36,572 bases of DNA from Promethearchaeota archaeon (GTDB lineage: Archaea; Asgardarchaeota; Lokiarchaeia; Sigyniarchaeales; SOKP01). Of the stretch, positions 1-8,508 are shown piece after piece (position 1 is the first letter of the stretch; the number at the start of each line of letters is the position of its first letter). The translations under genes and the position numbers were made by a program. Location of the stretch: NCBI GenBank assembly GCA_016930515.1, contig JAFGGO010000065.1:1-36572 (forward strand), in the 5' to 3' direction. The notes beneath the pieces are model-generated. The model was not told the origin of the DNA, did not search any database, and worked only from the letters and a program-made list of their open reading frames with translations.

Positions 1-166
1 TATAAATTAGCGTGAAATAGGGATTTCACGAATAATTATGCATCTATAAGTAATAATTATGTGATATGGTTGTATTATATCCATCTATAAAAATCTGATT
101 AAGCATTATTTTAAGGAACATTTGTATTTCTTTTTTTCTACTTGAACTTATAAAACTGATTAAAAT

Positions 167-745
167 TTAAGGAATCCAAGAAAGTTTGTATTGTGTTATA
201 TCATCTCCTTCCCATGATTTTTTCAGGAATTCGTAATTTACTTTTTTATTTAAACACATCTCTAATGATTTTTGCATCCATCCTACAGATGTGTAAAACC
301 AAACTTCACCATTGACATTAAAATTAAGATAGCTAACCAACACTTCGTTATTTGAAACTCTCTCCATTTTTAACGTGCCAAAATTTAAAACCAACTTGTG
401 GAAACGTTGATATTTTTCCAAGAGATAATCAATATCTTTTTCAAGTAGTAGGTTTTTATAAGCCGAATTCATTATTGATTCGCCAAATTCGTTACCCCAT
501 TGAATTACGATCTTATAATTCTTTTTTATCAAAAAGTTATATATTGCAGTATAGCATTCGTTATAAGCATCAAAAGAATACCAAATCGAATCAAGAATGC
601 GCATGTTTACTAATTCCTTTGCCTCGTCTGAAAGCACATTGTCGTAGGTTGCTTTGTTAACTTGATCTGCTCTTATGCCTTTTACGATCATTTTTACTAA
701 TGTGCCTTTTACTTTTCGTTCCATATAATTATTTCCAATTATCAT
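167..745 (-). CDS. Hypothetical protein, possibly DUF2378/TIGR02265-like (V4R/H-NOX-like small-ligand fold); start may be ATG at 724
   Basis: 192-aa ORF; N-terminal KVKGTL, ILDSIWYSFD and C-terminal YKLSW resemble that family (recalled by eye). Confidence 0.45.
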   Translation of the reverse strand: MIIGNNYMERKVKGTLVKMIVKGIRADQVNKATYDNVLSDEAKELVNMRILDSIWYSFDAYNECYTAIYNFLIKKNYKIVIQWGNEFGESIMNSAYKNLLLEKDIDYLLEKYQRFHKLVLNFGTLKMERVSNNEVLVSYLNFNVNGEVWFYTSVGWMQKSLEMCLNKKVNYEFLKKSWEGDDITQYKLSWIP

Positions 746-907
746 GTCTATAGATAATTACAGTAATAATGAGAGTTTGATAATAAAAATATATTGATTC
801 CAAAGCCATTCTCTTTGGAATAATATTACTATTAAATATTTTGTTAACATATATTAATAATTTGAAACTGATCTCAATCATCTATCTAACATGAAACAAG
901 ATTAAAT

Positions 908-1336
908 ATGAATATAAGTGAACTGAAAGCATTTGAAGGTAAGTATTTGTCATCTGCCATTATTATGAATCCAGTAACAATATGGCTTAAACCAAAATTG
1001 ATTTTCGTAGATGAAAAAATTATGGAATGCGAATTTAAGGTTCGACCAGAAATGGCCGATCCCCTTGGCATTCTTCACGGTAGTATTCGAGCAGCAATGT
1101 TATGTGATGTTCTTGGAATATTTGCTAATCATCCGGGAGATAAAGTCTCAGCCATTACAACAAGCATGAATATAGATTTTATTGGAAAGGCATATGTTGG
1201 TGAAAAGGTAAATGTTATTGCCAAAATAGTAAATAAAGGAAAAAGGTTAATTTATACTTCTGGAAAAATAATTAACAAAAAAAAACAAATCATTGCAAAA
1301 GGATCTTCCACTCTTTTTGTTTTGAACAAAGAATAA
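908..1336 (+). CDS. PaaI-family hotdog thioesterase
   Basis: DPLGILHGSIRAAMLCD motif (NxxGxxHGG-like); TTSMNIDFIGKA; 142 aa. Confidence 0.85.
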   Translation: MNISELKAFEGKYLSSAIIMNPVTIWLKPKLIFVDEKIMECEFKVRPEMADPLGILHGSIRAAMLCDVLGIFANHPGDKVSAITTSMNIDFIGKAYVGEKVNVIAKIVNKGKRLIYTSGKIINKKKQIIAKGSSTLFVLNKE

Positions 1337-1682
1337 TAGTGTATAGGGGCAAAAAAGAAATAAAAACACTCTAACTCCAAATATGGAAAAAATTAGTTGT
1401 TTTGTGAATTGAAATAGTTCGATATTTAAAAAAAATAATTACTCTATGAGAAATTAATGGATGTAGGTTAAGGAGATATATAAATCTTTTACATCGTTGT
1501 CAGCATTCGTAAATCTTTTATTTTTTTATTAATTGTGAAAATCTTTATTGATAATGTTCGAATCAACCATGTGAGTTTTGTATTCCAATGAATTTATATA
1601 TAAAGATGTTATTTTATTTTTTAACAGAATTTTTGCTAATAACACATAACATTTTGAATATATATTTGAGAAGGTAAGACTC

Positions 1683-2699
1683 ATGAAAATTAGATACGGA
1701 GCCATGATCTTTTGGGGCGTTTTAAAGGCCATATTTTATCTCGTCCTGCCTTTAGTGCTCATAGGCGTATTAGAATCCTATAATATAATGCAAGTTAGCA
1801 TCGAATTCAAGGTTGTTTTAATCGTACTTGGAATTATCGGTACGGTCTTAGCAGTAATCACTCATATGTTCGAAAAAAACACGCCAGCACACGGATACAC
1901 CAAGATAATCGATTCTGCCTATTCTGCAATATTTCTTGTTTTTGTTTTTGGGGGATTTACTCCAGGACTCCCGTTCGGAACATTTGTAGTTACTTACGAA
2001 GGAATAGTGGCGAGCGTGAGAATACAGATTTTTGCTTACCTGTTCCTTATTGGTGCTTTGTTAAGTCTTGCAAGACATATTGTTAGAACAATTGAGCTTA
2101 GTAAGGACAAGAAATATCATATAACTATCAAGCGTAAATTTCAAGCCAGTAGGGTGTTTCAGGTCGCAGGAATAGTCACTAGTATCATCATCCTTGCTTA
2201 TTTTATTAGCATACCAGCAAGCGCTGTCAATGTGCGCATAGGATTGCTTGACGAACTTGAATTTGAGTTTGCGTATGACGATGGAGGTACGAACGACACG
2301 GTTGCAGACGATTCTCTTAGGATGTACATTCCTTTTTATGTGAGCAACTATGGTGTGTATTCCATCCTAAATGTGAGAATTAACATCGGAATTATCGTAT
2401 ACAATTGTACACATGTCGATCTCAATGGTACGGATACACACATAGCAGATGGCACTAGAATTGGTGGCACTCCGCTAGACATATGGGAGTTTCGTCAAAA
2501 CACCTATACCACGCAAAACTTCACGCTTTCTATTGAAAGTACTCACTTGGTCGATCTCGTTTTAAACAACGCTTCTTTAGTAGTTGATGTATCCTTTGGG
2601 GCAAAATACGCAGGAATTGAAGCCTCTGTTGATCTCGGAAACAAACTTATTCCCCCCATTGAATGGCAAAATCAAACTTGGATACCCAGTCTCCCCTAA
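1683..2699 (+). CDS. Hypothetical membrane protein (about 5 TM helices plus a C-terminal extracellular beta domain, LEA_2-like)
   Basis: Hydrophobic N-terminal half; IPFYVSNYGVYSILNVRI strand pattern; NxT/S sequons. Confidence 0.55.
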   Translation: MKIRYGAMIFWGVLKAIFYLVLPLVLIGVLESYNIMQVSIEFKVVLIVLGIIGTVLAVITHMFEKNTPAHGYTKIIDSAYSAIFLVFVFGGFTPGLPFGTFVVTYEGIVASVRIQIFAYLFLIGALLSLARHIVRTIELSKDKKYHITIKRKFQASRVFQVAGIVTSIIILAYFISIPASAVNVRIGLLDELEFEFAYDDGGTNDTVADDSLRMYIPFYVSNYGVYSILNVRINIGIIVYNCTHVDLNGTDTHIADGTRIGGTPLDIWEFRQNTYTTQNFTLSIESTHLVDLVLNNASLVVDVSFGAKYAGIEASVDLGNKLIPPIEWQNQTWIPSLP

Positions 2700-2730
2700 A
2701 TATGTCTTTTTTATTTTAAGAGACTTTATA

Positions 2731-3789
2731 TCACGGTTTAACAATAATTTTTACGCATTTTTTTTCTTTCATTATTTGAAATCCTTCGAGGAGCAAGTTT
2801 TCAAGTTTGATTTCTTTAGTAATGAGTTTGGAGGTATCGAGCCTTCCGCTCCCTATCAAATCGATCGCATCGAGAATGTCCTTTGAGTTGTAGATGTAGG
2901 AACCAAGAATTTTTCTTTGGTACCGCACGATCTCGTTGGGTCTGAGAAGAGTTTCAGCGCGCGTGTCTTGTCCGAAACACACGACTCTCGCACCGTATGA
3001 CCAAATCTTTGTCGCCATTTCAAGCGTTTCGGAGGCGCCCACGGCGTCAATTATCACATCTGCTCCATTCCCTCCAGTTAAATTGAAGATCTCCTCACCA
3101 ACATCTTGCGTTAGGGGATTTATTGCGTGGTCAGCACCAAGCTCTAGTGCTTTTTCACGACGCCAATCGTCGGTTTCGATAGATATTAATTTCTTGATGG
3201 GATGTGTTTTGATGACCGATTCGATAATGAGCCCCATTGGACCTGCTCCTATTATCGCAACAATGTCCGACTCCTTCACATCCGCCAGATTATGACAATG
3301 CATTGCACAAGATAAAGGTTCAACGAGTGCTGCCTTGGTCATATTAAATTCTCTTGGTAATTTGAAAAGCGCGTTACGAGGTAAAACGCAATGTTTTGCA
3401 AATCCACCGTGCTGAAAAATTCCGAAAGTGGTTCCGGTTGCCATGTATTCGCATAAATTCGTGTATCCGCTCCTACAATAAGTACAATACCCACAATATT
3501 CATTCGGATCGACCGCAACCTTGTCTCCAATTTGTAGGTCCCGAATATCTTGGCCAACTTCTTCAATGATCCCAGCAAATTCGTGTCCTAAGATAATATT
3601 ATCGTTGGCAGGATGCGCTCCAGAGGCAATCTTCAAATCGGTTCCACAAATTCCGCACGCCATCACGCGAATTTTTACTTGATCCTTCTTGGTAATGATG
3701 GGCTCGTCTATTTCTTCTAATTTAATATCTCCCCCTCCCGAAGAGCTCTTATGAAAAACGGCAGCAATCATTTTTCCTGCGATTTCCAT
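2731..3789 (-). CDS. Zinc-dependent alcohol dehydrogenase (MDR family; threonine/sorbitol dehydrogenase-like)
   Basis: CGICGTD, GHEFAG, structural zinc CGYCTYC...C, GAGPMG Rossmann motif. Confidence 0.92.
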   Translation of the reverse strand: MEIAGKMIAAVFHKSSSGGGDIKLEEIDEPIITKKDQVKIRVMACGICGTDLKIASGAHPANDNIILGHEFAGIIEEVGQDIRDLQIGDKVAVDPNEYCGYCTYCRSGYTNLCEYMATGTTFGIFQHGGFAKHCVLPRNALFKLPREFNMTKAALVEPLSCAMHCHNLADVKESDIVAIIGAGPMGLIIESVIKTHPIKKLISIETDDWRREKALELGADHAINPLTQDVGEEIFNLTGGNGADVIIDAVGASETLEMATKIWSYGARVVCFGQDTRAETLLRPNEIVRYQRKILGSYIYNSKDILDAIDLIGSGRLDTSKLITKEIKLENLLLEGFQIMKEKKCVKIIVKP

Positions 3790-3876
3790 TCACCTAAAAG
3801 AATATCTATTTAAACAATAAACAATCAATATTGATCGTTATAAAATTTTTATAAATTAAAAAAGTAATGCGTAAAC

Positions 3877-5088
3877 ATGAATAGTACTGAAATAATTTCA
3901 TACAAAGATCGATGGTTAATTTTGCTGCTATTCATGGCAGTAAATATCATCGTACAAATGCTTTGGGTTAGTTTCACTACGGTAACTTCGCTTTCGGCAG
4001 TCTATTATGGTGTTGGTGAATTTGAGATAATCCTATTAGCAATGACTTTTATGATTGCGTACATTCCCGTCACATTCTTATCTGCGTGGGTTTTAGATAA
4101 ATATGATTTTAAAATTGGTGCCGGGTTAGGAGCTACCTTGATAGGAATTTTTGGATTATTGCGATTTTTTGCTTTTAATACTTATATACTCGTATTAATC
4201 TTTCAATTAGGGATTGCTGTTGGTCAACCTTTCATCTTAAACGCCTATACGAAACTTTCTGCTAATTGGTTCCCTGAAAGCGAAAGGCAAACTGCCACGG
4301 GATTGTCAATGCTTTCTCAATTTTTAGGAATTGCGCTTGGAATGTTTGTAACGCCTTATATCGTTATTAATCTTGGAGAATTAGGATTTCCAGTGATGAA
4401 TTTGCTTTACGGATCGATTGCATTGATCTTTATGTTGCTATTCCTTGTCTTTGCTAAAAGTAGACCCCCAACACCTCCCTCAAAAGAGTTAATCTCTGAA
4501 AAAGTCATGATGACTGAAGGTTTAAAACAATTATTTACCAATAAAAAGTTCTTGATATTATTCGTTTCCTTCTTTTTCGGTGTTGGAGTATTAAATTGGT
4601 TGATAACTTTTAGCGAAGGAATATCTTTAGGAAAGGGATACGATCAGCTTTTTGCGGGTAATTTTGGAGGGTTTTTAGTTTTTGGTGGCATCGTAGGATC
4701 TTTAGTAGTTTCATTTCTTGCCGAAAAAATTAAATCCCGCAAAATTCTTTTGATGTCATCCTTTATAATTGCTACAATATCACTGTTTATCATTTCTTTC
4801 TCTACTGAGCAGATATTGATATTAATCTTTTCTTTCCTCTTGGGATTTGGCATTCTCTCTGCTGCTCCCGTAGCGTTAGAATATGCGGTTGATATTACTA
4901 AGCCAGTACCCGAGGCTAGTTCAAACGGAATGCTCATGATGTTCGGTCAAGTTGGGGGAATAATTCTAATGCTTGGATTAGAAGGTGTAACTCTCCCTAA
5001 TGGCGATTATTTTCCTTCCTTGATATTACAAGCGATTTTTCTTGCAATTATCGTGATTCTAACTTTGTTTTTAAAGGAACCTGAATAA
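3877..5088 (+). CDS. MFS transporter (FLVCR/SLC49-like subfamily)
   Basis: About 12 TM helices; YKDRWLIL N-terminus; KLSANWFPESERQTATG; EYAVDITKPVPEASSNG. Confidence 0.85.
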   Translation: MNSTEIISYKDRWLILLLFMAVNIIVQMLWVSFTTVTSLSAVYYGVGEFEIILLAMTFMIAYIPVTFLSAWVLDKYDFKIGAGLGATLIGIFGLLRFFAFNTYILVLIFQLGIAVGQPFILNAYTKLSANWFPESERQTATGLSMLSQFLGIALGMFVTPYIVINLGELGFPVMNLLYGSIALIFMLLFLVFAKSRPPTPPSKELISEKVMMTEGLKQLFTNKKFLILFVSFFFGVGVLNWLITFSEGISLGKGYDQLFAGNFGGFLVFGGIVGSLVVSFLAEKIKSRKILLMSSFIIATISLFIISFSTEQILILIFSFLLGFGILSAAPVALEYAVDITKPVPEASSNGMLMMFGQVGGIILMLGLEGVTLPNGDYFPSLILQAIFLAIIVILTLFLKEPE

Positions 5089-5095
5089 TTTTTTT

Positions 5096-5641
5096 TTATT
5101 TATATTCTAATATTTTTTGTGTGGCTTCCAAGAAATTATGGGCAGTTACAGTTGGAACGATTCTTAGTTCCTTGAGTTGTTCGTGATGCTTTTCCCCGTG
5201 CCCCGTGAGGAGGTATGCCGTTTTACATCCCGCGTTTATCCCAAATTGAATATCGCTCGGATGGTCTCCTATCGTCCAGGATCGATTTAGATCGATGTTA
5301 AAATGCTTTTGTGCTTCTTTTAGGTGTTTTATGCGGGGCTTTCTGCACGAACACATCGAATCGGGTGCGTGAGGGCAGTAATATGTTCTTTCTATTCGAA
5401 TGTCGTGATTTGCGAGTTCTCCAAGTATGTGCGCATTGAACTCCTTGAAATCTTCTAAACTTGTTAATCCAAGCCCAATTCCCGATTGATTTGTCACGAT
5501 AAATAACTTGAAATCCTCTTTTAAAACTTTTAGACCTTCTATCACTCCTGGTAGGATCTTACATCGTTCAATCGAGAAGTTGTATCCAATATCCTCGTTT
5601 ATCGTGCCGTCCCTATCTATAAAAAGTGCTTTTTTTTTCAC
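5096..5641 (-). CDS. gmhB: HAD-IIIA phosphatase, GmhB/histidinol-phosphatase family
   Basis: FIDRDGTIN, VTNQSGIG, CPH...CSCRKP zinc motif, IGD...DI; GTG start. Confidence 0.8.
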   Translation of the reverse strand: MKKKALFIDRDGTINEDIGYNFSIERCKILPGVIEGLKVLKEDFKLFIVTNQSGIGLGLTSLEDFKEFNAHILGELANHDIRIERTYYCPHAPDSMCSCRKPRIKHLKEAQKHFNIDLNRSWTIGDHPSDIQFGINAGCKTAYLLTGHGEKHHEQLKELRIVPTVTAHNFLEATQKILEYK

Positions 5642-5831
5642 TATTCATCACGGTCTAAGTATGATCTTGAGAACTATTAGAGAAAAACCTGTTATTGCTA
5701 CAAAAATTTTTAACAGAACGCTATTTTAGTTACATGAAGCATGGTTTTTTATCTTATGGAGAATAGAATATTTTATCTTTCCTTTACATCCATTTTTATC
5801 GAATAGCGATGAATGCAAAACGGAGTTTATA

Positions 5832-6473
5832 ATGTCGGAGATTGATAAGGAAGAAAAAGATAGTAAAAACGCTGAGCAATTTAAAGAAATTATCATTATC
5901 TGTCCAAAGTGTCAGAACAAGAAAAAACTCAGTACGCCAACGAAAATTATTAATCAAAGCAAGCAACTAACTACCGTATCAATTCCTCAAGGTTTATGCT
6001 GTGAGCATGGTTTTCAGGCTTTCGTGGATAAGAATTTCAAGGTACGCGGATATCAACAGGTAGATTTTGCGTTTTCATCCTTGGAGTTTCTCGATGAAGG
6101 AGAAGAAAAACAAGCAGAAATTCCCTACTTTGAAAATATAGTTAATATTCTAAGAGAAGCTACGGAGGATATTGAAATCCTTGGAGGTGCCATATTAACT
6201 ATGGATGGAAAAGTCTTGTATTCCTCAATTCCCTCCACGACTTTTTCCAGTACTATCAAGGAATTCGAGGTTAGAGCTAAAAAAAACTTGATTAAAGTTA
6301 ACAAGATGTTCTTGGAATTAAAAAACGAAGAAAAAATTTGCTCGTACAATATGGAAACCAACGGAGTAAAGTTCAACCTAATATTAATCTTTTCCAACAA
6401 CACGAAGCTAGGGATGGCTAACTTGCTCTTAAAAGAAGTAACAAAGAAAGTTAAAGGTTTATTTCCCAAATAA
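5832..6473 (+). CDS. Zinc-ribbon (CPKC...CCEH) plus Roadblock/LC7-like domain protein, paralog 1
   Basis: CPKC-x-CCEHGFQAFVDKNFKVRGYQ; C-terminal ILGGAILTMDGKVLYSSIP typical of Roadblock/MglB folds. Confidence 0.65.
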   Translation: MSEIDKEEKDSKNAEQFKEIIIICPKCQNKKKLSTPTKIINQSKQLTTVSIPQGLCCEHGFQAFVDKNFKVRGYQQVDFAFSSLEFLDEGEEKQAEIPYFENIVNILREATEDIEILGGAILTMDGKVLYSSIPSTTFSSTIKEFEVRAKKNLIKVNKMFLELKNEEKICSYNMETNGVKFNLILIFSNNTKLGMANLLLKEVTKKVKGLFPK

Positions 6474-6497
6474 AAATTTCAAGAGTTTTAATGCGTT

Positions 6498-7166
6498 TTA
6501 TTCAACATTTATAGCTTTAAATAGACGTTTAAGAGTGTTGATCGCTGGTAAAAATACAATCATACCGTTGATGTCTAATTCCTCTATATCCATTTTAGTG
6601 TTTACCATTAAGACTAAATCCGAAGATTCCGCAGTTCTAGCTACAATATATTGCATTATCGATCCAAGCGCATCAAACGCAACATCGGGAACTCCCGGAA
6701 TTAACTTTATATTCATTAAATCGGCGAGTGCATTGGCATAATGACCTGCCAAGATGTTTCCCACCTCATTTATTGTACTTAAAATGAAATCGTTAATGTC
6801 GGAAAGTGAAGAAACCTCCTTAGATATTAGTGTGTGCTCTGGAGAAATGCTATTCACTACATTTATGATCGAATCCTTCTCATAAATCTGTAAAATCGAA
6901 AGTTCTTGGTCTTCCTTTACAAAAGATAATATCCCAAACACTTCCGTTTCCCTACCCCCAAATTTCTCAGGCAACTTCCAAAATGGAATTAAGTCGACCG
7001 AAGTAAGAGACATGTGAATACCCCTATTTAAAAGTTGAGAAAGTGCGGTTATCGCATGACCTGATCCGATGTTTCCCAATTCCATCAAGGAATCTAATTG
7101 CATTGGAGTTAATTTGAACTCTTCCGAACCATTTATAATTGATTCAATTTTCTTTTTCTTTACCAT
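6498..7166 (-). CDS. cheC: Chemotaxis phosphatase CheC
   Basis: Two ExxN sites (ELGNIGSGHAITALS, EVGNILAGHYANALAD); overlaps the 3' end of cheD. Confidence 0.9.
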   Translation of the reverse strand: MVKKKKIESIINGSEEFKLTPMQLDSLMELGNIGSGHAITALSQLLNRGIHMSLTSVDLIPFWKLPEKFGGRETEVFGILSFVKEDQELSILQIYEKDSIINVVNSISPEHTLISKEVSSLSDINDFILSTINEVGNILAGHYANALADLMNIKLIPGVPDVAFDALGSIMQYIVARTAESSDLVLMVNTKMDIEELDINGMIVFLPAINTLKRLFKAINVE

Positions 7167-7728
7167 TTATATCACTTTTTCCATATAGACGAATAAATTC
7201 GCCTTGACCTGTTGTTTTTACAAAAACTATTACTTTTTTAACATCAAATATTACATTTCTGCCCTTTGAGCCCCCTATGTCTTCTTTTAATATCCTTATA
7301 CCTAATTTGTTTAATTCTTTCCTAATAACATTAGCGTTTTGTTCACCAATGTTGTTTTGGTGATATCTAAATATTTTTGATCCCCCTATCACTATGGCTT
7401 TTAGATTGTTAACACGAGCGCCCTCTTCTAACAATTTCTCTACTAAATCTTTCACGGCGATATTAGCATATTTTTGCGGGAAATGAATCTCCTTAGATGC
7501 GCTCATTTCGGAAGAGGGAAGTAAAACGTGCGTCATTGCGTAGATCTTGGCTAAGTTATCTAACAAAATCAAGGATATGCACGACCCTAATCCGTGAATT
7601 TTAATTAGGGGGATGTTTTTTACTATTTTTTTATTGATTATGACATAATGACCGATAGGAATATAAATTGCCCCCTCTACATCAAGTTCTGTTATTCGAT
7701 CACCACGTATTTGAACCATCATTCTCAA
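7144..7728 (-). CDS. cheD: Chemoreceptor glutamine deamidase CheD
   Basis: GLGSCI, HVLLP, KAIVIGGSKIF, NIGEQNA, EDIGGSKGR. Confidence 0.92.
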   Translation of the reverse strand: MRMMVQIRGDRITELDVEGAIYIPIGHYVIINKKIVKNIPLIKIHGLGSCISLILLDNLAKIYAMTHVLLPSSEMSASKEIHFPQKYANIAVKDLVEKLLEEGARVNNLKAIVIGGSKIFRYHQNNIGEQNANVIRKELNKLGIRILKEDIGGSKGRNVIFDVKKVIVFVKTTGQGEFIRLYGKSDINGKEKEN

Positions 7729-7866
7729 AGAGTATTGATTAATATGAATTTTTTAGAACCATAATGAAAATTTTCAATTATAAGTTTATCCAAAATTGGT
7801 TGTTTTTAATAAAAAAGAATCTCCATTTTTTGGAAATAAATAAAATTATCGTTAACTGCCACTCGC

Positions 7867-8424
7867 TCATAATTTTTTGATTATTCTTTCGATTTCTTCA
7901 ATTCTTTTTTCAACATGTTGAATTGAATACTTTACATGAGAGTGAATCTCTTTAATCTCTCCAAGAAGCGTTTTTAATTTTGACTTGTCTATATTTGATA
8001 CTCCTTTTGATATGACATCCGGAACTATTTGATGTGGTGTTAAGGGAGATTCTATATCGAGACTGGCAACAACCTGCGAATCTCCTTCTGGCATTCCTCT
8101 CGATTCTCCAGGGTAATTGTAGTTTCCCCTATTATTAATTTCGTCCATTATGTATCGAAATGATTTGGGTTCTCGATCTTGTTTTATAACTTCGTACTTG
8201 TATTGAGTGTATTCTTTTTTTCCCTTTAACTTACCCGCCCAATTTGCAGCGATATATCTGTGAAAAAGCCGCGATTTTGAACCCGCCCAAATCCAAATTA
8301 TTTGCAAGGGTTTGTCTATAATGAGATACACATGTGGTGTTTGAAAAATTTCGGAAGGATTAGGTCTGAGCTCCTCTCCCACGATTTGATACACATAATT
8401 GAAATAATTCTCCTGTTTCTGCAT
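7867..8424 (-). CDS. Single gelsolin/villin-like domain plus C-terminal coiled coil
   Basis: VYLIID...IWIWAGSKS...VIKQDREPKSFR matches the gelsolin-repeat consensus (xxILD...I(Y/W)xWxG...QGxEPxxF); heptad C-terminus. Confidence 0.7.
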   Translation of the reverse strand: MQKQENYFNYVYQIVGEELRPNPSEIFQTPHVYLIIDKPLQIIWIWAGSKSRLFHRYIAANWAGKLKGKKEYTQYKYEVIKQDREPKSFRYIMDEINNRGNYNYPGESRGMPEGDSQVVASLDIESPLTPHQIVPDVISKGVSNIDKSKLKTLLGEIKEIHSHVKYSIQHVEKRIEEIERIIKKL

Positions 8425-8508
8425 GATGGACGCTATCGTATATAATAATTTAAAATTTTTGTGAAAAAAATATAAGAGTTTATCTTTGTTACATATCTTA
8501 ATTTACTC

